Part shown: positions 62,701 to 64,000 of the stretch, piece after piece
Layout of the letters: each line of letters opens with the position of its first letter
Position numbering within the stretch: position 1 is the stretch's first letter
NCBI RefSeq assembly: GCF_000002075.1
Contig: NW_004797308.1
Coordinates: forward strand, 240,342-304,341
Reading direction: 5' to 3'
DNA length: 64,000 bases
Source of the DNA: Aplysia californica
Taxonomy: Eukaryota
Notes under the pieces: generated by a model
Database searches by the model: none
Seen by the model: the letters and a program-made list of their open reading frames with translations, nothing else
Told to the model about the DNA's origin: nothing
Position numbers and translations under genes: made by a program

Positions 62701-63347
62701 TAGGAGAGGCGAAAAATGTTTTTACATTATTGTTATTCGTTCCCAACCAAATGCGGTAAGCCATCAAGGGCCTAGGAGATTTAATCGGCCTGTGAGAGGC
62801 CAGGGGGGAGTCCTCACCTCATGCCCACACCAGGGTGGGAGCTATTCTCATCGGGGGAGGGGGGGGAATAGCGAAACATGGGTTATTCTCACCCGGGGTG
62901 AGAATAAAGGTGGCCTATGAATATTGCTTTAGGAAGCGTTAACCCTTACAGCTGTGGGCTATTTGTAGCCCTACTTTCCTATGTAGAAAGAAGCATTGTG
63001 AGAGTTGAATTCCTTTTTTCTAACTTGCTTCTTTCACAGTCAGGGTAAAGAATGATTGAAACACCCCTCAAGACTAAATACAGTCAAAATATATAAGCAG
63101 GAGAGAGAAAACAACATGGAAACAATAAAAAAGTAAAAAAGAGAACAGATACTAAAGCAATGTAAACTCATGAGAAAATAAGTAAAATCATAATTTACTT
63201 ACTGGCCTCTTTCCGTTTTTTTTCTACAGTGATTGTGGCAGAGCTGTTTACTTGACAAAAGTCATGGTTCTTGAACGTTAGTACAATTCCACCATCCTCA
63301 GTGCATGTCTTTGTGGGTTGACCAAGTTCGCTGGGACAAATTGGAGG
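53331..63347 (-). CDS. Gene B (5'-partial): paralogue of gene A; complement join(63347-63203,59534-59294,55065-54905,54453-54214,53701-53331), 385 aa visible
   Basis: Five exons with GT-AG introns of phases 1,2,1,1 (same as gene A) give one open frame to the stop at 53331. Cys and motif conservation with A is visible in each exon. Confidence 0.88.
54214..54453 (-). CDS. Gene B stalk and TM exon (EDVDADEDDSDG-LVTKIIIVAVLTFLFILFIIYYMC)
   Basis: ttttcag acceptor, GAG|gttagt donor, phase 1 to 1, strong hydrophobic helix. Confidence 0.9.
54905..55065 (-). CDS. Gene B exon (EFNHTSKPNVGKEYC...YRHSFLLKYSFN), homologue of A 26503-26657
   Basis: ctgacag acceptor, ATG|gtatga donor, 161 nt, phase 2 to 1; not in the ORF track. 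Confidence 0.88.
55978..58474 (+). mobile_element. Decayed Sola1-like DNA transposon
   Basis: Terminal inverted motifs (c)atgattcaac / gttgaatcacg, two at each end. 57570-57840 reads VWHQGEG..ANEISSC...DGCTYQ..N...QMEVDSTHSVIE with frameshifts. Confidence 0.7.
57035..57294. mobile_element. piggyBac-like MITE copy 2, TTAC-flanked, nested in the Sola1-like element
   Basis: ttac|ctctttatctc ... gagataaagag|ttac. Confidence 0.75.
58767..59231. mobile_element. TA-flanked MITE copy 2 (inverted relative to 38433-38890)
   Basis: ta|acaagaggggccact ... agtggcccatcttgt|ta. Confidence 0.85.
59294..59534 (-). CDS. Gene B exon (ISLRDKC...ICFTFLSAHFPVGGAGLLV...GQR), homologue of A 23270-23510
   Basis: tgtttcag acceptor, AAG|gtaagt donor, 241 nt, phase 1 to 2. 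Confidence 0.88.
60454..61173. mobile_element. Kolobok-like non-autonomous element (TTAA TSD, GG...CC termini), nested
   Basis: ttaa|ggg...gctacacc and ggtgtagcccacccc|ttaa; the host element sequence resumes after it. Confidence 0.72.
62118..62907. mobile_element. Unclassified repeat with palindromic termini, copy 2
   Basis: Both ends carry the hairpin ttattctcac-ccgg(g)-gtgagaataa within a ~35-bp TIR; the body matches 9236-10190. Confidence 0.75.
63203..63347 (-). CDS. Gene B exon (PPICPSELGQPTKTCTEDGGIVLTFKNHDFCQVNSSATITVEKKRKEA), homologue of A 17582-17726
   Basis: tttttatag acceptor, CCA|gtaagt donor, 145 nt, phase 0 to 1; shares C, G, DGG, K and DFCxV with A. Confidence 0.87.
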
Positions 63348-64000
63348 CTATAAAAAAAAATTATAATTAACAATAGGACAAAAAAATTATTCTTTGAGAA
63401 AAAAAAGCAAGCAGGCATAAAAGCTAACAAGCTGTGCTGTTCTGAGAGAGTACATTTTTCTTTTTGTTTTGCCTAACATCTTCTGAAGGTGAATGGAGTG
63501 CACTTAGGTAGAGAAAGTACAAAGGGCATGGTGGATACCTCATTCTTCCTCTGAAGAAGTGCATCAACTTCCATCCTTACTACTAAACAAGACCAAGCTC
63601 TCATACCTCCACTGATATTATAGAGACTTGCTCGTATAAACTATGTAGACAGTTCTAAAAGGGTAAGCTGGGTGAGATCCTTTTAAACAAACAGTTGTGA
63701 ATGTATTAGAGCATAGCACTGTTGAGTATTAAGGGCAAATCAGAATTAAGGACCACAACACAGTTGTGCAAAGCAGTTGATGACGCTTCTATTCGTGAGC
63801 AACTGCATTTAGGGTTCTAATACAAAAAAGCCAGTATGAGCAAGCAAAGGCCTTGCCCCTGAAAAAACTAACAATAATAAATGTACAGGTTTATTGAGAA
63901 CACACATATCAAGTTGCTAGAATGCTTCCCCAAATAGCACTATCATCCAACCTCCTGATCAGACAGGTTGATAGGATCACAAATCTTACGGTCCAAAATT

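Overview
AT-rich, intron-containing animal genomic DNA, probably an invertebrate; a lophotrochozoan or mollusc is a guess from the repeat types. There are four N-gaps and no prokaryotic-style features. The main content is a small cluster of one uncharacterised, fast-diverging type-I membrane protein family, which the ORF track only shows in pieces. Gene A (+, 7 coding exons, 10550-29887, 547 aa) encodes a signal peptide, two Cys-containing divergent CUB-like domains, an acidic stalk, one TM helix, and a Pro/Ser-rich tail with PSAP and two PPxY motifs. Gene B (-, last 5 exons, 63347-53331; 5' end outside the window) is a tail-to-tail paralogue with the same intron phases, two exons of identical length and an almost identical C-terminal VPPPPxYSxLFPD motif. 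A decayed third copy C (-, about 4535-950) lies head-to-head with A, and one of its exons is split by a TIR element. The rest is a dense, often nested mix of repeats: RTE and RNase-H LINE relics, several tRNA-SINE families, and DNA transposons (Ginger2, Chapaev-like, Sola1, mariner/Tc1, piggyBac-like, Kolobok-like and unclassified MITEs). All gene models and family calls were read by eye; no database searches were run.
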